Below, one piece after another: positions 40,360-51,799 of a stretch of DNA of 64,000 nucleotides. The stretch lies in assembly GCA_036676395.1 (NCBI GenBank), contig JAKFCY010000002.1, positions 64,001-128,000 of the forward strand, in the 5' to 3' direction. The DNA comes from Bdellovibrio sp. GTDB lineage: Bacteria > Bdellovibrionota > Bdellovibrionia > Bdellovibrionales > Bdellovibrionaceae. Each line of letters opens with the position of its first letter. The stretch's first letter is position 1. Made by a program: the position numbers and the translations under genes. A model generated the notes under the pieces. That model was not told the DNA's origin. It searched no databases and saw only the letters and a program-made list of their open reading frames with translations.

Positions 40360-40864
40360 TATGACTTAATACATAGGCTGCAACGATAGCGTAATCAACG
40401 CTAAGGAGTTGCAGCAATAATGTCGCGATCAGAAAAAACACCGTTAGTTTAAAAAAATAAAATTTACGAACTTTAATTTGCTGAATATTTTCTAGAAATA
40501 TTGCGGTGATGTTTGCGTCTTTATTGTAATCCAGAAAAAATGAAATTCCGAATAACAAAACAGCAAAGGCCACGAGCAAATGCAATAACCCGGCAAAAAT
40601 TAAAAGAAATAAGTTTAGTTCTTTCAGATAAATATTTGAAAATGATGCCACGGCACCCAGAAAAAAGAACATGGGTAATAAAGTTAATGAGTGAATCAAA
40701 CAATCGATTTGCGATTTTTTGCTAAATTCGGTTTGCCACAGGTAAAGACCCATTTGTTGCCACAGGATAATCAATAATATTGATCCGCCGGGAATGTCGG
40801 CCAGCCACAACATAAGAAAACTCGCTGCGTATAAAGAATAATGTTTTAATTTTAATTCTCTCAT
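40289..40864 (-). CDS. Hypothetical polytopic membrane protein
   Basis: About five hydrophobic segments; overlaps the TPR gene 3' end by 71 nt. Confidence 0.5.
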   Translation of the reverse strand: MRELKLKHYSLYAASFLMLWLADIPGGSILLIILWQQMGLYLWQTEFSKKSQIDCLIHSLTLLPMFFFLGAVASFSNIYLKELNLFLLIFAGLLHLLVAFAVLLFGISFFLDYNKDANITAIFLENIQQIKVRKFYFFKLTVFFLIATLLLQLLSVDYAIVAAYVLSHIMGKKYQTKLGYVSKTNPIVQAK

Positions 40865-40880
40865 CTACACTAGATAGTAT

Positions 40881-41531
40881 ATGCAAAAATATTCATTCAC
40901 AAATCTTGTTTTGATGTTCGCGGTTCTGATTAGCTTTTTTATGGCAGGTTGTGCGGGCACGCAAGAAAAGCCACAAGCCGGTGATATTAAGTATGTTGAA
41001 AGTAAGGCGCTTATCGAAGATAAGACAAAAAACTCTTCGAATTCGGCCTCGATTGATTTGTTCTATTTGCAAGATAATGTCATTCGCATGGAAGTGACCG
41101 CTCTTTTGGGTTACCGCCTTGGTAGCTTGGTTATGAATTCACAAAAAGTAGCTTACGCTCTTCATCCGCAAAAAGCATTTGTTGAAGGCCCTTTTGCTGC
41201 ACGCACGATGAAGCCGCTATTTCGCCAGGATTTAGACCCACGTTTGATTTGGGCCGTGGTGTTTGACCGCGATCTAAAAACCTTCGGCTTTAACTGCACT
41301 ACCGTCGCAAAAACACAGACTTGTCTAGGAAGTTCGGCCACTGAAGGGGTATCGGTCACGCTTCAACATATGGGCGAAAGCGAAACCGGGCCATTAAAGA
41401 AAATCACCATAGAAAACGCCAAGTTAAAGTTTGTTTGGCTCTATAAAGCGATTAAGAAACATAATAAGTCTTATAACGAGACCTTTGTCCTGAATAAGCC
41501 AGAAGAATATCGTCTAATCACTATAAAATAA
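40881..41531 (+). CDS. LolB-like / DUF4292-like lipoprotein
   Basis: Lipobox MAGC, beta-rich, RMEV.ALLG; position downstream of the TPR gene. Confidence 0.5.
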   Translation: MQKYSFTNLVLMFAVLISFFMAGCAGTQEKPQAGDIKYVESKALIEDKTKNSSNSASIDLFYLQDNVIRMEVTALLGYRLGSLVMNSQKVAYALHPQKAFVEGPFAARTMKPLFRQDLDPRLIWAVVFDRDLKTFGFNCTTVAKTQTCLGSSATEGVSVTLQHMGESETGPLKKITIENAKLKFVWLYKAIKKHNKSYNETFVLNKPEEYRLITIK

Positions 41532-41625
41532 TTTTACTTCGCTAACCGAAATAACAACGGGCATAATCTAAGTAAGAAGCTCTCGCTTTTATCTCAAAGC
41601 GAGGCACTTATGGAGGAGAACCACT

Positions 41626-43704
41626 ATGTCGTCTTCTATTAATCTTCGCACCCTGGTTGAAAAGCATCAACAGGCCAGCAATAAGAAAACAGCCTCGCAT
41701 TGGACGGGTACTTTTAATGAGTATTTAGAGCTAGTGAAGAAAAATCCTAAGTTATCCAGAAACGCTTATCAGCGTATGTATGACATGATTATCGAAGCCG
41801 GTACTGAAGAGTACGTGGATTTCAAAAAACATGTTATTCGCTATAAATTTTTTGATGATAAACCAAATAACGGCAAAGACGCTATTTTTGGTTTAGATGT
41901 TCAGTTAATGAAATTCGTAAACATTCTTAAAGCGGCATCTTTAGGATACGGAACTGAAAAACGCGTGATCTTACTTCACGGACCAGTAGGTTCTGCAAAG
42001 TCTTCGATCTGCCGTGTACTAAAAAAAGGTTTAGAAGAATATTCGCACACAGACACGGGTGCGCTATTTACCTTTGAATGGGTGATTGAAGATGCGAAGC
42101 TTTCGCACTTACTTGGAAAAGACACAAAAGTTTTTCCAACGCCGATGAATGAAGAGCCTTTATGGTTAATTCCAGATGATATGCGCCAAACTGTGTGTGA
42201 TGAAATCAATCGTTCGCAAGACGGTGATTACCGTGTGAAAATCACGGGCGAATTATGCCCGCCTTCACGTTTTATCTTTAAACATTTAATGGATCACTAC
42301 GAAGGTGATCTGATGAAGGTTTTAAATCACGTGCGTGTAAAACGTATGTTTATCTCTGAAGCTGACCGCGTAGGTATTGGTACCTTTCAGCCGAAAGATG
42401 AAAAGAATCAGGATTCTACAGAATTAACCGGTGATATTAATTACCGTAAAATTGCTGAATACGGTTCAGATTCAGATCCACGTGCATTTAACTTTGATGG
42501 TGAGTTCAACGTTGCCAACCGCGGAATGATTGAATTCGTAGAAGTTCTGAAATTAGATGTGGCCTTTTTGTACGATTTATTAGGAGCTTCGCAAGAGCAT
42601 AGAATTAAACCCAAAAAATTCGCGCAAACGTATATCGATGAAGTTATTATTGGTCACACCAATGAACCAGAGTACAGAAGACTTCAAGATAATGAATTTA
42701 TGGAGGCCTTGCGTGATCGTACTGTTAAAGTCGACGTGCCGTATATCACTCGTTTAAAGCAAGAAGTGAATATCTATAAAAAAGATTTTAACTCGCAAAA
42801 ATTGCGGGGAATTTCCATTGCGCCACATACGATCGAAATGGCTGCAATGTGGGCGATTTTAACCCGCTTAGAAAAACCGAAAAAAGCAAACTTAACAAGA
42901 TTACAAAAACTAAAACTTTATAACGGTAAAACTTTAGCGAATTACACTGAAGATAACGTAAAAGAATTACGTAAAGAAACATTACGTGAAGGTTTAGACG
43001 GGATTTCTCCTCGATATATCCAGGATAAATTATCAAATGCACTTGTTATGGCCCAGCAGATGAATAAAGGTTCTGTGAATCCATTTATGGTGATGAATGA
43101 ATTAGAGAGCGGTTTAAAAAATCACTCGTTAATTTCAGATGAAGAGAAAAAAACAGAATACCGTGAATTACTTGGTGTTGTAAAACAAGAGTACGAAGAA
43201 ATCATTAAAGGTGAAGTTCAACGTGCGATCAGTGCGGATGACAGCGCATTACAACGTTTGTGTGCAAATTACATTGATAGTGTCAAAGCTTACACGCAAA
43301 AAGAAAAAGTTCGTAACCAGTTTACCGGACAGGATGATGATCCAGATGAAAGACTAATGCGCGCGATTGAGGAAAAAATCGAAATTCCTGAATCACGCAA
43401 AGATGACTTTCGTAGAGAGATCATGAACTACATCGGGGCCTTGTCATTAGATGGTAAAAAATTTAATTACAAAATGAACGAACGTCTTCATAAAGCTTTA
43501 GAATTAAAACTTTTCGAAGATCAAAAAGACAGTATCAAATTAACGTCTTTAGTAAGCTCAGTGACAGACAAAGACACGCAGGAAAAAATAGAAATCGTTA
43601 AATCCCGTCTGATTAAAGACTTTGGATACGACGAAATTTCTGCAACCGATGTTTTACATTACGTAGCCAGCATCTTCGCCCGCGGAGATGTGAAAAAGCA
43701 ATAA
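41626..43704 (+). CDS. prkA: PrkA/YeaG AAA+ serine kinase-family protein
   Basis: [38 protein letters not shown]. Confidence 0.95.
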   Translation: MSSSINLRTLVEKHQQASNKKTASHWTGTFNEYLELVKKNPKLSRNAYQRMYDMIIEAGTEEYVDFKKHVIRYKFFDDKPNNGKDAIFGLDVQLMKFVNILKAASLGYGTEKRVILLHGPVGSAKSSICRVLKKGLEEYSHTDTGALFTFEWVIEDAKLSHLLGKDTKVFPTPMNEEPLWLIPDDMRQTVCDEINRSQDGDYRVKITGELCPPSRFIFKHLMDHYEGDLMKVLNHVRVKRMFISEADRVGIGTFQPKDEKNQDSTELTGDINYRKIAEYGSDSDPRAFNFDGEFNVANRGMIEFVEVLKLDVAFLYDLLGASQEHRIKPKKFAQTYIDEVIIGHTNEPEYRRLQDNEFMEALRDRTVKVDVPYITRLKQEVNIYKKDFNSQKLRGISIAPHTIEMAAMWAILTRLEKPKKANLTRLQKLKLYNGKTLANYTEDNVKELRKETLREGLDGISPRYIQDKLSNALVMAQQMNKGSVNPFMVMNELESGLKNHSLISDEEKKTEYRELLGVVKQEYEEIIKGEVQRAISADDSALQRLCANYIDSVKAYTQKEKVRNQFTGQDDDPDERLMRAIEEKIEIPESRKDDFRREIMNYIGALSLDGKKFNYKMNERLHKALELKLFEDQKDSIKLTSLVSSVTDKDTQEKIEIVKSRLIKDFGYDEISATDVLHYVASIFARGDVKKQ

Positions 43705-43716
43705 AGGAAAGAAACC

Positions 43717-44826
43717 ATGCCCATTCGCGAGGACCAAAACCGATTTAAAAGTATAGTTAAAGGGCGGGTCCGTGACGATTTTAAAAAATATGTCACGAAT
43801 GGGGAGCTGATCGGCAAACGCGAAGACGAATTCGTAAAAATCCCGCTTCCGCGTATTGATATTCCTACTTTTCGTTATGGTCCTAAACAAGATCAACAAG
43901 GTGTTGGTCAAGGTGAAGGTGAAGGCGATCCGCAACAGGGTCAAGGCCAAGGCCAACCAGGCTCTGGCAAAGGTGAAGCCGGTGAAAATCCTGGCGAACA
44001 CATGCTTGAAGTTGAAATTTCTTTAGAAGAATTAGCCGAAATTTTAGGTGAAAAGTTACAGCTTCCACGTATTTTACCCAAAGGCACTGCGAATTTAGTG
44101 ACTGAAAAAACGCGTTACTCGGGCATTGCCCCAGTGGGGCCTGAAGGACTTCGAAAATTCAAACAAACTTATAAAAAAGCATTGTCCCGTTATATTTCTT
44201 CAGGAAATTATAACCCGGATGATCCGGTGATTATCCCGATTAGAAGTGATTACCAGTATCGCACGATGAAAAAAACGCAGAAACCGCATACGAAAGCTGT
44301 CGTGATCTACATGATGGACGTGTCGGGTTCAATGGGTGAGGAGCAAAAAGAGATCGTTAGATTGGAATCTTTTTGGATCAACACCTGGCTTAAAAAACAT
44401 TACAAGGGTTTAGATACCCGCTTTATCATTCACGATGCAGCGGCAAAAGAAGTTGATGAAAACACTTTTTTTAAAACCAGTGAATCAGGCGGCACGCTAA
44501 TTAGTTCGGCCTATAAACTTTGCCAACAAATTATCGATGCCGAATACCCAGCTGATGAATGGAATATTTATCCCTTTCACTTTTCAGATGGCGATAACTG
44601 GAGCGGCGAAGACACAAGATTATGTGTGCAGCTGATCAAAGAATATTTTCTACCTCGCGTGAATGTATTTTCTTACGGACAAGTTGAAAGTAAATACGGA
44701 AGTGGTCAGTTTTTAAAAGATCTGCAAAAAGAATTTGGCGATGATGACCAAGTTACTTTAAGCCAAATCGAATCACGCGATAAGATTTTAGATTCAATCA
44801 AAGATTTCTTAGGTAAAGGCAAATAG
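43717..44826 (+). CDS. yeaH: YeaH/YhbH (DUF444) vWA-like protein
   Basis: Gly/Gln-rich linker, [20 protein letters not shown]. Confidence 0.92.
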   Translation: MPIREDQNRFKSIVKGRVRDDFKKYVTNGELIGKREDEFVKIPLPRIDIPTFRYGPKQDQQGVGQGEGEGDPQQGQGQGQPGSGKGEAGENPGEHMLEVEISLEELAEILGEKLQLPRILPKGTANLVTEKTRYSGIAPVGPEGLRKFKQTYKKALSRYISSGNYNPDDPVIIPIRSDYQYRTMKKTQKPHTKAVVIYMMDVSGSMGEEQKEIVRLESFWINTWLKKHYKGLDTRFIIHDAAAKEVDENTFFKTSESGGTLISSAYKLCQQIIDAEYPADEWNIYPFHFSDGDNWSGEDTRLCVQLIKEYFLPRVNVFSYGQVESKYGSGQFLKDLQKEFGDDDQVTLSQIESRDKILDSIKDFLGKGK

Positions 44827-44827
44827 T

Positions 44828-46351
44828 ATGGCAAATTTATCTCTTGAGTTAGAAGCAGAACGCAAAAAGATCAGCCAAGTCGCAAAAAATGTGGGTCTTG
44901 ATTGTTTTGAAACTATTTTTGAAATGGTTAACTTTGATCAGATCTCTCAATTTGCCAGCTATGGCGGTTTTCCCGTGCGTTATCCACACTGGCGCTTTGG
45001 TATGGAGTACGAACAACTTTCGAAATCTTATGAATATGGTTTATCTAAAATCTATGAAATGGTGATCAACACTGATCCTTGTTATGCCTACTTGATGGAA
45101 GGCAATTCCATGATGGATCAAAAACTTGTGATGGCGCACGTTTACGGGCACTGTGACTTTTTTAAAAATAATATTTGGTTTTCTAAAACAAATCGCAAAA
45201 TGATGGATCAAATGGCTAATCATGCCACCCGCATTCGTCAATACATAGATCGTCATGGTTATGAAGAGGTCGAAAAATTCATCGATCTTTGTTTAAGTTT
45301 AGAAAACTTAATTGATCGTTATTCGATCTTAAATGGTCCGACCCAGTTTACTGAGAAAAAACCGCAGGTGCGTGAATCTGATTTCGTGTTTCAGGTCGAA
45401 AAATCCTACATGAAAAATTACATCAATCCGCCAGATGTTGTGGCAGAGTTTAAAAAAGACCAAATGCAGAAGATGGCCGACAAGGCCCAGTTTCCAGCCG
45501 ACCCAGTTCGCGACATCTTAACATTTCTGATACATTATGCGCCACTTGAAGAGTGGCAGCAGGATGTTTTGTCGATCATTAAAGATGAATCTTACTATTT
45601 TGCTCCGCAAGGAATGACTAAAACCATGAACGAAGGCTGGGCGTCGTACTGGCATTCGCACATTATGACTAAGCATATTTTAAATGATTCAGAGATTGTC
45701 GATTTCGCCGATCATCACGCAGGAGCCATGTTTATGAAAATTGGCGGGTATAATCCGTACAAAGTAGGCATTGAACTGATGCGCGAAATAGAAGAAAGAT
45801 GGAATAAAGGAAAATTCGGTCGTGATTGGGAAGAGTGTGATGATGTTAATGAGCGTAAACACTGGGATAAAAAGTTAAATTTAGGGCTCGAGAAGATCTT
45901 TGAAGTTCGCAAGATTTATAATGACGTGACATTTATTGACGAGTTTTTAACAGAAGACTTTTGCATTCGAAACAAAATGTTCGTCTATAAAATGAATAAA
46001 GAAACCGGTCGTTTTGAAGTGGATACCCGTGACTTCAAGGCCATCAAGGCGCAGCTCTTGTTTCAATTAACGAATTTCGGACAGCCCATCATCAGAATAG
46101 AAAACGCGAATTTTGAAAATCGCGGCGAGCTTTTATTAAGACACGTTCATGAAGGTTTGGATCTACAGCCTAATTATATGGACGCCACAATGAAAAACTT
46201 AAACAAACTGTGGAAGCGTCCGGTAAATATGATTACGGTTATGGATAACGAGCCGCAGCTTTTCAGATTCGATGGTAAGGAATATACCAAACACAGCTTA
46301 ACAGAAAATAACAATTCTCAGGCTGAGCCGTCTCACAAAGATTCAGAATAG
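44828..46351 (+). CDS. spoVR: SpoVR/YcgB family protein
   Basis: RYPHWRFG, IYEMVIN, AHVYGH.DFFKNN, TKTMNEGWASYWH, NPYKVG. Confidence 0.95.
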   Translation: MANLSLELEAERKKISQVAKNVGLDCFETIFEMVNFDQISQFASYGGFPVRYPHWRFGMEYEQLSKSYEYGLSKIYEMVINTDPCYAYLMEGNSMMDQKLVMAHVYGHCDFFKNNIWFSKTNRKMMDQMANHATRIRQYIDRHGYEEVEKFIDLCLSLENLIDRYSILNGPTQFTEKKPQVRESDFVFQVEKSYMKNYINPPDVVAEFKKDQMQKMADKAQFPADPVRDILTFLIHYAPLEEWQQDVLSIIKDESYYFAPQGMTKTMNEGWASYWHSHIMTKHILNDSEIVDFADHHAGAMFMKIGGYNPYKVGIELMREIEERWNKGKFGRDWEECDDVNERKHWDKKLNLGLEKIFEVRKIYNDVTFIDEFLTEDFCIRNKMFVYKMNKETGRFEVDTRDFKAIKAQLLFQLTNFGQPIIRIENANFENRGELLLRHVHEGLDLQPNYMDATMKNLNKLWKRPVNMITVMDNEPQLFRFDGKEYTKHSLTENNNSQAEPSHKDSE

Positions 46352-46481
46352 AACTTTACAATTCTTAACAGATCTTTGTTGTCTCACTTCGACTCGGAAA
46401 TGACGAATTTTCATTTTTTCGCATAGCTAATTTACAATTTAGTGTATGATTTATCTATTGGGCGAGAGTCCTCTGGCGGAA

Positions 46482-46859
46482 ATGGAACGTAATCTGAATA
46501 ATAAAAACCGCGTCTTAGTCTATAGCGATGATCCAAAAGATCAGGCGATAATGTCGGGTGACGGCGAAAGAAAAGCTTTCGAAGCCCAACAAAAAGCCCT
46601 CGTCGCTGAAAAGAAGTTTGTGATTGTTTTTCGAATCGAGAAGAACGGTCGCGGCGGCAAGACGGTGACGGTTTTAGATCAATTACCTGCGTACGATCCA
46701 TTCCTGAAAGAATTAACTAAAGAATTGAAAGCTAAGTGCGGCGTCGGTGGAATGCATTTCATCGAAAATGGAAAAGGCTGCATTGAGATTCAAGGCGACA
46801 AGCGGGATGCGATTAAAAAGATATTGGATGTCAAAACCATGAAGTACAAAGGGGCCTAA
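46482..46859 (+). CDS. yciH: SUI1/YciH translation initiation factor-like protein
   Basis: LVYS, EKNGRGGKTVT, LK.KCGVGG, IEIQGD. Confidence 0.9.
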   Translation: MERNLNNKNRVLVYSDDPKDQAIMSGDGERKAFEAQQKALVAEKKFVIVFRIEKNGRGGKTVTVLDQLPAYDPFLKELTKELKAKCGVGGMHFIENGKGCIEIQGDKRDAIKKILDVKTMKYKGA

Positions 46860-46862
46860 TAA

Positions 46863-47570
46863 ATGAATAAAGTCGTCATCATTGATGATCTTGTTGATAG
46901 TTGCTCAGTGATCTCTGAAATTCTAAGTCCGTATTTTGAGTGTAAGACAACTTCTGAATCGTATTCAGCATTAGAGTTAATTTTAGAGTTCAAACCAAAT
47001 ATCGTTCTAATGGATTACCAAATGCCACGTTTAAACGGGGCCGAGTTATGCAAGAATTTAAAAGAGAACCCGCAAACTAAAGATATCCCGATTATTTTTA
47101 TGTCTGGTGTGGCCACAGAAGACGAGCGCGTTGAAACTTTAGAATTAGGTGGCGATGATTTTATTGCTAAACCTTTTCATCCTAAAGAATTAATTCTTCG
47201 CCTGAAAAAGCGTATTCATGGTTACACAGTTAAACAGCCCGTGGATAATGGGGTTGTGATCGCAAATATCAATGCGGCTACATTAACTGTGGGTAATTTA
47301 AGAATGAATTTAAATTCACGTTTAGTGTATGTGAATGAACGGGAAATTACGTTAACTCCAAAACAGTTCGAAATTTTAAAGCTGTTGATTGAAAATCAGA
47401 ACCATCTGGTATCCCGCAGCACGTTTATGGAAGAAGTCTGGGGCCATTTTGAAGTGACTCCGCGAAATGTGGATTCGCAGATTAATTACCTGAAAAAGAA
47501 AATCGAAGGATTTCAGGGAATTATCACTGCAGTTCCTAGTTTTGGTTACAGATTAGACCATAAAAATTAA
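46863..47570 (+). CDS. OmpR/PhoB-family response regulator
   Basis: REC + winged helix (LTPKQFEIL, RNVD, GYR). Confidence 0.92.
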   Translation: MNKVVIIDDLVDSCSVISEILSPYFECKTTSESYSALELILEFKPNIVLMDYQMPRLNGAELCKNLKENPQTKDIPIIFMSGVATEDERVETLELGGDDFIAKPFHPKELILRLKKRIHGYTVKQPVDNGVVIANINAATLTVGNLRMNLNSRLVYVNEREITLTPKQFEILKLLIENQNHLVSRSTFMEEVWGHFEVTPRNVDSQINYLKKKIEGFQGIITAVPSFGYRLDHKN

Positions 47571-47645
47571 AATTAGGTTCGGGGCGAAAATCTCCGAAGT
47601 GGATCAGGGATTGATCTTAGAGATAAAAGTTAGTTAAATGTAGCC

Positions 47646-48455
47646 ATGAAAACTACAAAACTAATTTTATTTACTCTTACTTTTATTATTCTCAGTTGTA
47701 AAACTAGCCCTGAATCTGCAGGGATTAGTGAAGAAGAAATCAATGCGGAAGCCGCCAAAGCCTACGCTCAAGTTAAATCCAAAGCAAAAATTTCAACAAA
47801 TCAAGAATGGACTGCGATGGTTAATCGCGTAGCTAAGCGTATCGCATTAGCTTCAGGTAAACCTTATAATTGGGAAGTGGTTCTTATCGATGACCCTCAG
47901 ATCAATGCTTGGTGTATGCCTGGCGGAAAGATGGCGGTTTACACCGGTATATTGCCAGTTGTAAAAACTGAAGCAGCCTTGGCCGCAGTTATGGGCCATG
48001 AAGTGGCGCATGCAACATTAAAACATGGGCTTGCACATTACGCTCGCGCGAAACAAAGCAATATGATTGGTGCTGTTGTTGGTGTCGGAACGATCTTAGC
48101 TGGCGAACTTCTTTGTAAAACTGATTCGTGTAAAAAGTGGGCGCAAATAGGCGGCGTGGCCGGTGGGTTTGCGGTCGCTTTCTTTGATATGAAATTTTCG
48201 CGTGAAGATGAATCTTCAGCAGATAAAGAAGGTCAAATATTCATGGCAGATGCCGGCTATGAACCAAGTGAATCAATTAAACTTTGGGAGCGTATGGGCG
48301 CGGCAGCTGGTGCGGGAAAACCCCCAGAAATTTTATCGACACATCCGTCTGATTCAACTCGTCGTGGTAATTTAACAAATTGGTTACCTGTGGCTCAAGC
48401 CAGATATCAAGCGGCTCCGCAAAAATTTGGTTTAGGCGCCACGATCGTTAAGTAG
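47646..48455 (+). CDS. M48 family metallopeptidase lipoprotein
   Basis: Lipobox LSC, NAWCMPGG, HEVAH, SREDESSAD, STHP. Confidence 0.92.
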   Translation: MKTTKLILFTLTFIILSCKTSPESAGISEEEINAEAAKAYAQVKSKAKISTNQEWTAMVNRVAKRIALASGKPYNWEVVLIDDPQINAWCMPGGKMAVYTGILPVVKTEAALAAVMGHEVAHATLKHGLAHYARAKQSNMIGAVVGVGTILAGELLCKTDSCKKWAQIGGVAGGFAVAFFDMKFSREDESSADKEGQIFMADAGYEPSESIKLWERMGAAAGAGKPPEILSTHPSDSTRRGNLTNWLPVAQARYQAAPQKFGLGATIVK

Positions 48456-48930
48456 ATTTTTTTTCGAGACGTTTTTCTTTAAAAAATTTTTTTAATAAAT
48501 GACTGCATTCATTTTGCATTAAGCCGCTTTCGGCAATGAAGCGGTGATTTAATTTTGCATGCGCTGATAAATTATCGAGTGAACCCATCGCTCCGGCTTT
48601 AGGATCATGGGTGGCAAATACGACTCGTTTAATTCGCGACTGAACAAGAGCGCCGGCGCACATAAAGCACGGTTCAAGAGTCACATACAAAGTGCAATCA
48701 ATCAGGCGCCAAGATTTTTTCGTCCGGCACGCACGATGAAGCGCTAAAAGTTCGGCGTGGCCAAGCACGGTATTTATGGTTTCGCGGGTGTTTGCAGCCT
48801 TGGCGATGACTTTGCCTTCGCCATCAACAATGACAGCGCCAATGGGAACTTCGCCATTTTTTTCAGCTTGTTGCGCTAATTTAAAGGCGATTTTCATGAA
48901 TTTATGGTCGGCTTGGGTAAATTGGTTCAT
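48448..48930 (-). CDS. tadA: tRNA adenosine(34) deaminase
   Basis: GEVPIGA, HAE, TLEPCFMC, DPKAG. Confidence 0.93.
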   Translation of the reverse strand: MNQFTQADHKFMKIAFKLAQQAEKNGEVPIGAVIVDGEGKVIAKAANTRETINTVLGHAELLALHRACRTKKSWRLIDCTLYVTLEPCFMCAGALVQSRIKRVVFATHDPKAGAMGSLDNLSAHAKLNHRFIAESGLMQNECSHLLKKFFKEKRLEKKST

Positions 48931-49073
48931 CTCTAAGCTCAGTCTTAGTATAAAACCCTGATTATTTTAACTAAATGGTCTTGCCGCGCTAAGTCATACA
49001 GTGTAAATAGACACCTCGGTTGTTAATAATCTTGTTTGCTTATAAGTCATATCGAGAGGCAGGTGAATTCCAA

Positions 49074-49280
49074 ATGGCATTAGTTAAAATCAGAGACGGT
49101 GAATCTTTTGAATCAGCATTCAGAAAATTTAAAAAGTCTTGTGAAAAAGCTGGTATCCTTTCAGAAGTTAAAAAACGCGAACACTTCGAAAAACCAAGCG
49201 TATCTGCTAAGAAAAAATCTATCGCTGCTCGCAAACGCGCTACGAAAAAAACTCGTGGTGGTTTCAGAGACCGCGACTAG
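49074..49280 (+). CDS. rpsU: 30S ribosomal protein S21
   Basis: [30 protein letters not shown]. Confidence 0.96.
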   Translation: MALVKIRDGESFESAFRKFKKSCEKAGILSEVKKREHFEKPSVSAKKKSIAARKRATKKTRGGFRDRD

Positions 49281-49305
49281 TTTGTAAATTAAGTTTACAG
49301 CTTAT

Positions 49306-49342
49306 AGAGCTCTTAGGGATTAATTTCTTAAGAGCTCTTTTT
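49306..49342 (+). terminator. Terminator/attenuator between rpsU and yqeY
   Basis: AGAGCTCTTAGG...TCTTAAGAGCTCTTTTT. Confidence 0.75.
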
Positions 49343-49375
49343 ATTTTAAAAACATATTTCTCAAGGGAGTCGTCC

Positions 49376-49822
49376 ATGGAATTTAAAGACCAATTAATGG
49401 CTGATATCAAAGCCGCAATGATTGCTAAAGATTCAGTAAAATTAAACACACTTCGTTTTTTACACGCGGCGATCAAGCAAAAAGAAATTGATTCACGTCC
49501 AGAACCATTAACTGCTGACGATGTTATGGCTGTTCTAAAAAAATTAGTTAAACAACGTAAAGAATCTATCGAACAATTCGGTGTTGCAGGTCGTACTGAT
49601 TTAGTTGACCAAGAAACTGCTGAATTAAAAGTGATGGAAGTTTACTTGCCAGCGCAAATGTCTCGTGAACAAATTGAAAAAGTTGTTGCTGAAGTGATCG
49701 CTGAAACAGGCGCTACTACAGTTAAAGACATGGGCACAGTGATGAAAGCTGTTCAGGCAAAAACTGCTGGCACTGCAGACGGCAAAACAATTAGCGAAGT
49801 GATTAAGTCAAAACTGAACTAA
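49376..49822 (+). CDS. yqeY: GatB/YqeY domain protein
   Basis: KQRKESIEQF..AGR.DL...E..E, YLP.Q, DMG.VM. Confidence 0.93.
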   Translation: MEFKDQLMADIKAAMIAKDSVKLNTLRFLHAAIKQKEIDSRPEPLTADDVMAVLKKLVKQRKESIEQFGVAGRTDLVDQETAELKVMEVYLPAQMSREQIEKVVAEVIAETGATTVKDMGTVMKAVQAKTAGTADGKTISEVIKSKLN

Positions 49823-49823
49823 T

Positions 49824-51743
49824 TTGGGTTACAAGCAAGAATTCATCGAGAAGGTCATCGCCGCATCAAACCTTGTCGATATCATTTCACAGTACACAAC
49901 GCTAAAACCCACTGGCCGCGGGCATATGGGGCGCTGTCCTTTTCCTGATCATCAGGAGAAGACGGCATCTTTTTCTGTTAGCGAATTCAAAGGTGTTTAT
50001 CATTGTTTCGGTTGTAAAAAATCCGGCAATGTAACGACGTTCTTGCGTGATTTTAACGGCATGAGTTTTCCCGATTCAATTGCGTATTTAGCAGAACGTA
50101 ACGGAATTCCAATTACTGATGATGCCTTTGAGAATAATCGCCCGGATTATTCAAATGAAGATAAAGATCAGAAAAAAACTTTGTTGCGTGCAAATAAAAT
50201 TGCCGCTGATTTTTTTAAAGAAATGTTGAAACGTCAATCGACAGATTCACAAATTCGCCAATATGTTTTAAAAAGAAAATTAAATCCTGAAACGATTGAA
50301 GAATTTCAAATCGGTTATGCGCCGAATGAATGGGAAGCCTTAGGCCAACAGTTGAATCGCAGTTCGATTCCCGTAGAAGTAGCTGAAGAAGCACAGCTAG
50401 TGCGAAAACGTAAAGAAGGCCAAGGCTACTTCGATATGTTTCGTGACCGTCTAATGTTTCCGATTCATTCTCCGACTGGTGATGTGCTGGCCTTTGGTGG
50501 CCGTATCATCGAACAAGGTGAACCAAAATATTTAAATTCTCCTGAGACTCCGGTATTTCATAAAGGCAAAGTTCTTTATGGCTTAGCTCAAACCGCAAAA
50601 CATATTCGTTCAGACGATTTAGTTTTAGTGGTTGAAGGTTACATGGATTTAGTTTCAATTTACCAAGCGGGATTAAAAAATGTTGTCGCCACTATGGGAA
50701 CAGCATTAACCCCAGATCACGCTAAGCTTATTAAACGCTTAACAAATAATGTGGTTGTGCTTTTTGATGGTGATGACGCTGGTAAAATGGCCGCAGAACG
50801 CAGTCTTCCAATTCTGCTTTCTCAAGGATTATTTCCGCGCGGATTAACTTTAACTGAAGCCAAAGACCCCGATGAGTTTGTTATAAAATTTGGAACCGAA
50901 GCATTGAAAAAACAAATTGATTCAGCTCCTGATTTATTCAAAGTTGTTTTGAAATCGTGGATGAGTGACTACCGCGGTGAAGCTTCGGATAAAGTAAAAC
51001 TGGTCGATAAAATCAAACCTGTGTTTGATGCCATGGCTGACCAGCGTCTAAAAGGGCTCTATGCTGATGACCTTTGCCAGATTATGGGAGTCAATAAAGA
51101 CTGGCTTAGGAATTCTTTTCAGGGTAATACCGCAGGGCGCAACCAAGGTTATGGCCCTGCAGCGAGTACGAATTATCAAAAAAATTTAGTGACAGAAGAG
51201 CCGCAGCCTGTGCTTTCGGCAGAGGTAACTTCAGCGCAAATCGAAGAAAACCCGCAAATTAAAATTTCAGATGCCTCTAAAGTTGAGCTGATGTTATTGC
51301 AAAACACCCTCAAGAGTCGTGCCAATTTCGCTATTATGAGCGAGTTGCAAGAGCCTCTTTCATTCACGCAATTATTAAGCCAAATCAAACACTTAGGTGT
51401 AAAACAAATCCTCGAAATTGCCGAGCAAGATTATAGACAAGACGCAAATAAATTTGATAGGTTGGTCAGTCAGCTGATTGATAAAATTGATAAACCTGAG
51501 TTGCTTTTTCAAAACTCTAAACTCGACATCACCCAAATGGGTGAATTCGACGAAGAAAAAGAAAAAAAACTTATCGTGGATTTAATTTCTCGCATTCAGC
51601 AGGAGTTTATAAAAGATCAGGCAAAAAAATTATCGATAGACATTCGCTCAGACAAACTGAACCTGAATGATGAAGATAAACTTAGACAATTTTCTGAGTT
51701 GCAAAAAAGCCGTCTCGCCTTAAAAAGCGAATCTAAAAAATAA
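49824..51743 (+). CDS. dnaG: DNA primase
   Basis: CPFPDH..CFGC zinc finger, FRDRLMFP, KYLNSPET, EGYMD, FDGD; TTG start. Confidence 0.96.
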   Translation: MGYKQEFIEKVIAASNLVDIISQYTTLKPTGRGHMGRCPFPDHQEKTASFSVSEFKGVYHCFGCKKSGNVTTFLRDFNGMSFPDSIAYLAERNGIPITDDAFENNRPDYSNEDKDQKKTLLRANKIAADFFKEMLKRQSTDSQIRQYVLKRKLNPETIEEFQIGYAPNEWEALGQQLNRSSIPVEVAEEAQLVRKRKEGQGYFDMFRDRLMFPIHSPTGDVLAFGGRIIEQGEPKYLNSPETPVFHKGKVLYGLAQTAKHIRSDDLVLVVEGYMDLVSIYQAGLKNVVATMGTALTPDHAKLIKRLTNNVVVLFDGDDAGKMAAERSLPILLSQGLFPRGLTLTEAKDPDEFVIKFGTEALKKQIDSAPDLFKVVLKSWMSDYRGEASDKVKLVDKIKPVFDAMADQRLKGLYADDLCQIMGVNKDWLRNSFQGNTAGRNQGYGPAASTNYQKNLVTEEPQPVLSAEVTSAQIEENPQIKISDASKVELMLLQNTLKSRANFAIMSELQEPLSFTQLLSQIKHLGVKQILEIAEQDYRQDANKFDRLVSQLIDKIDKPELLFQNSKLDITQMGEFDEEKEKKLIVDLISRIQQEFIKDQAKKLSIDIRSDKLNLNDEDKLRQFSELQKSRLALKSESKK

Positions 51744-51799
51744 ACTTAATGATTTTTGTTTTTTTAAATTTGATTTTTTTATTAGCCCCGTGAGGACAG

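Noticed and set aside
43895..43995. caagg/ggtgaa short repeats
   Set aside because: Encode the normal Gly/Gln linker of YeaH
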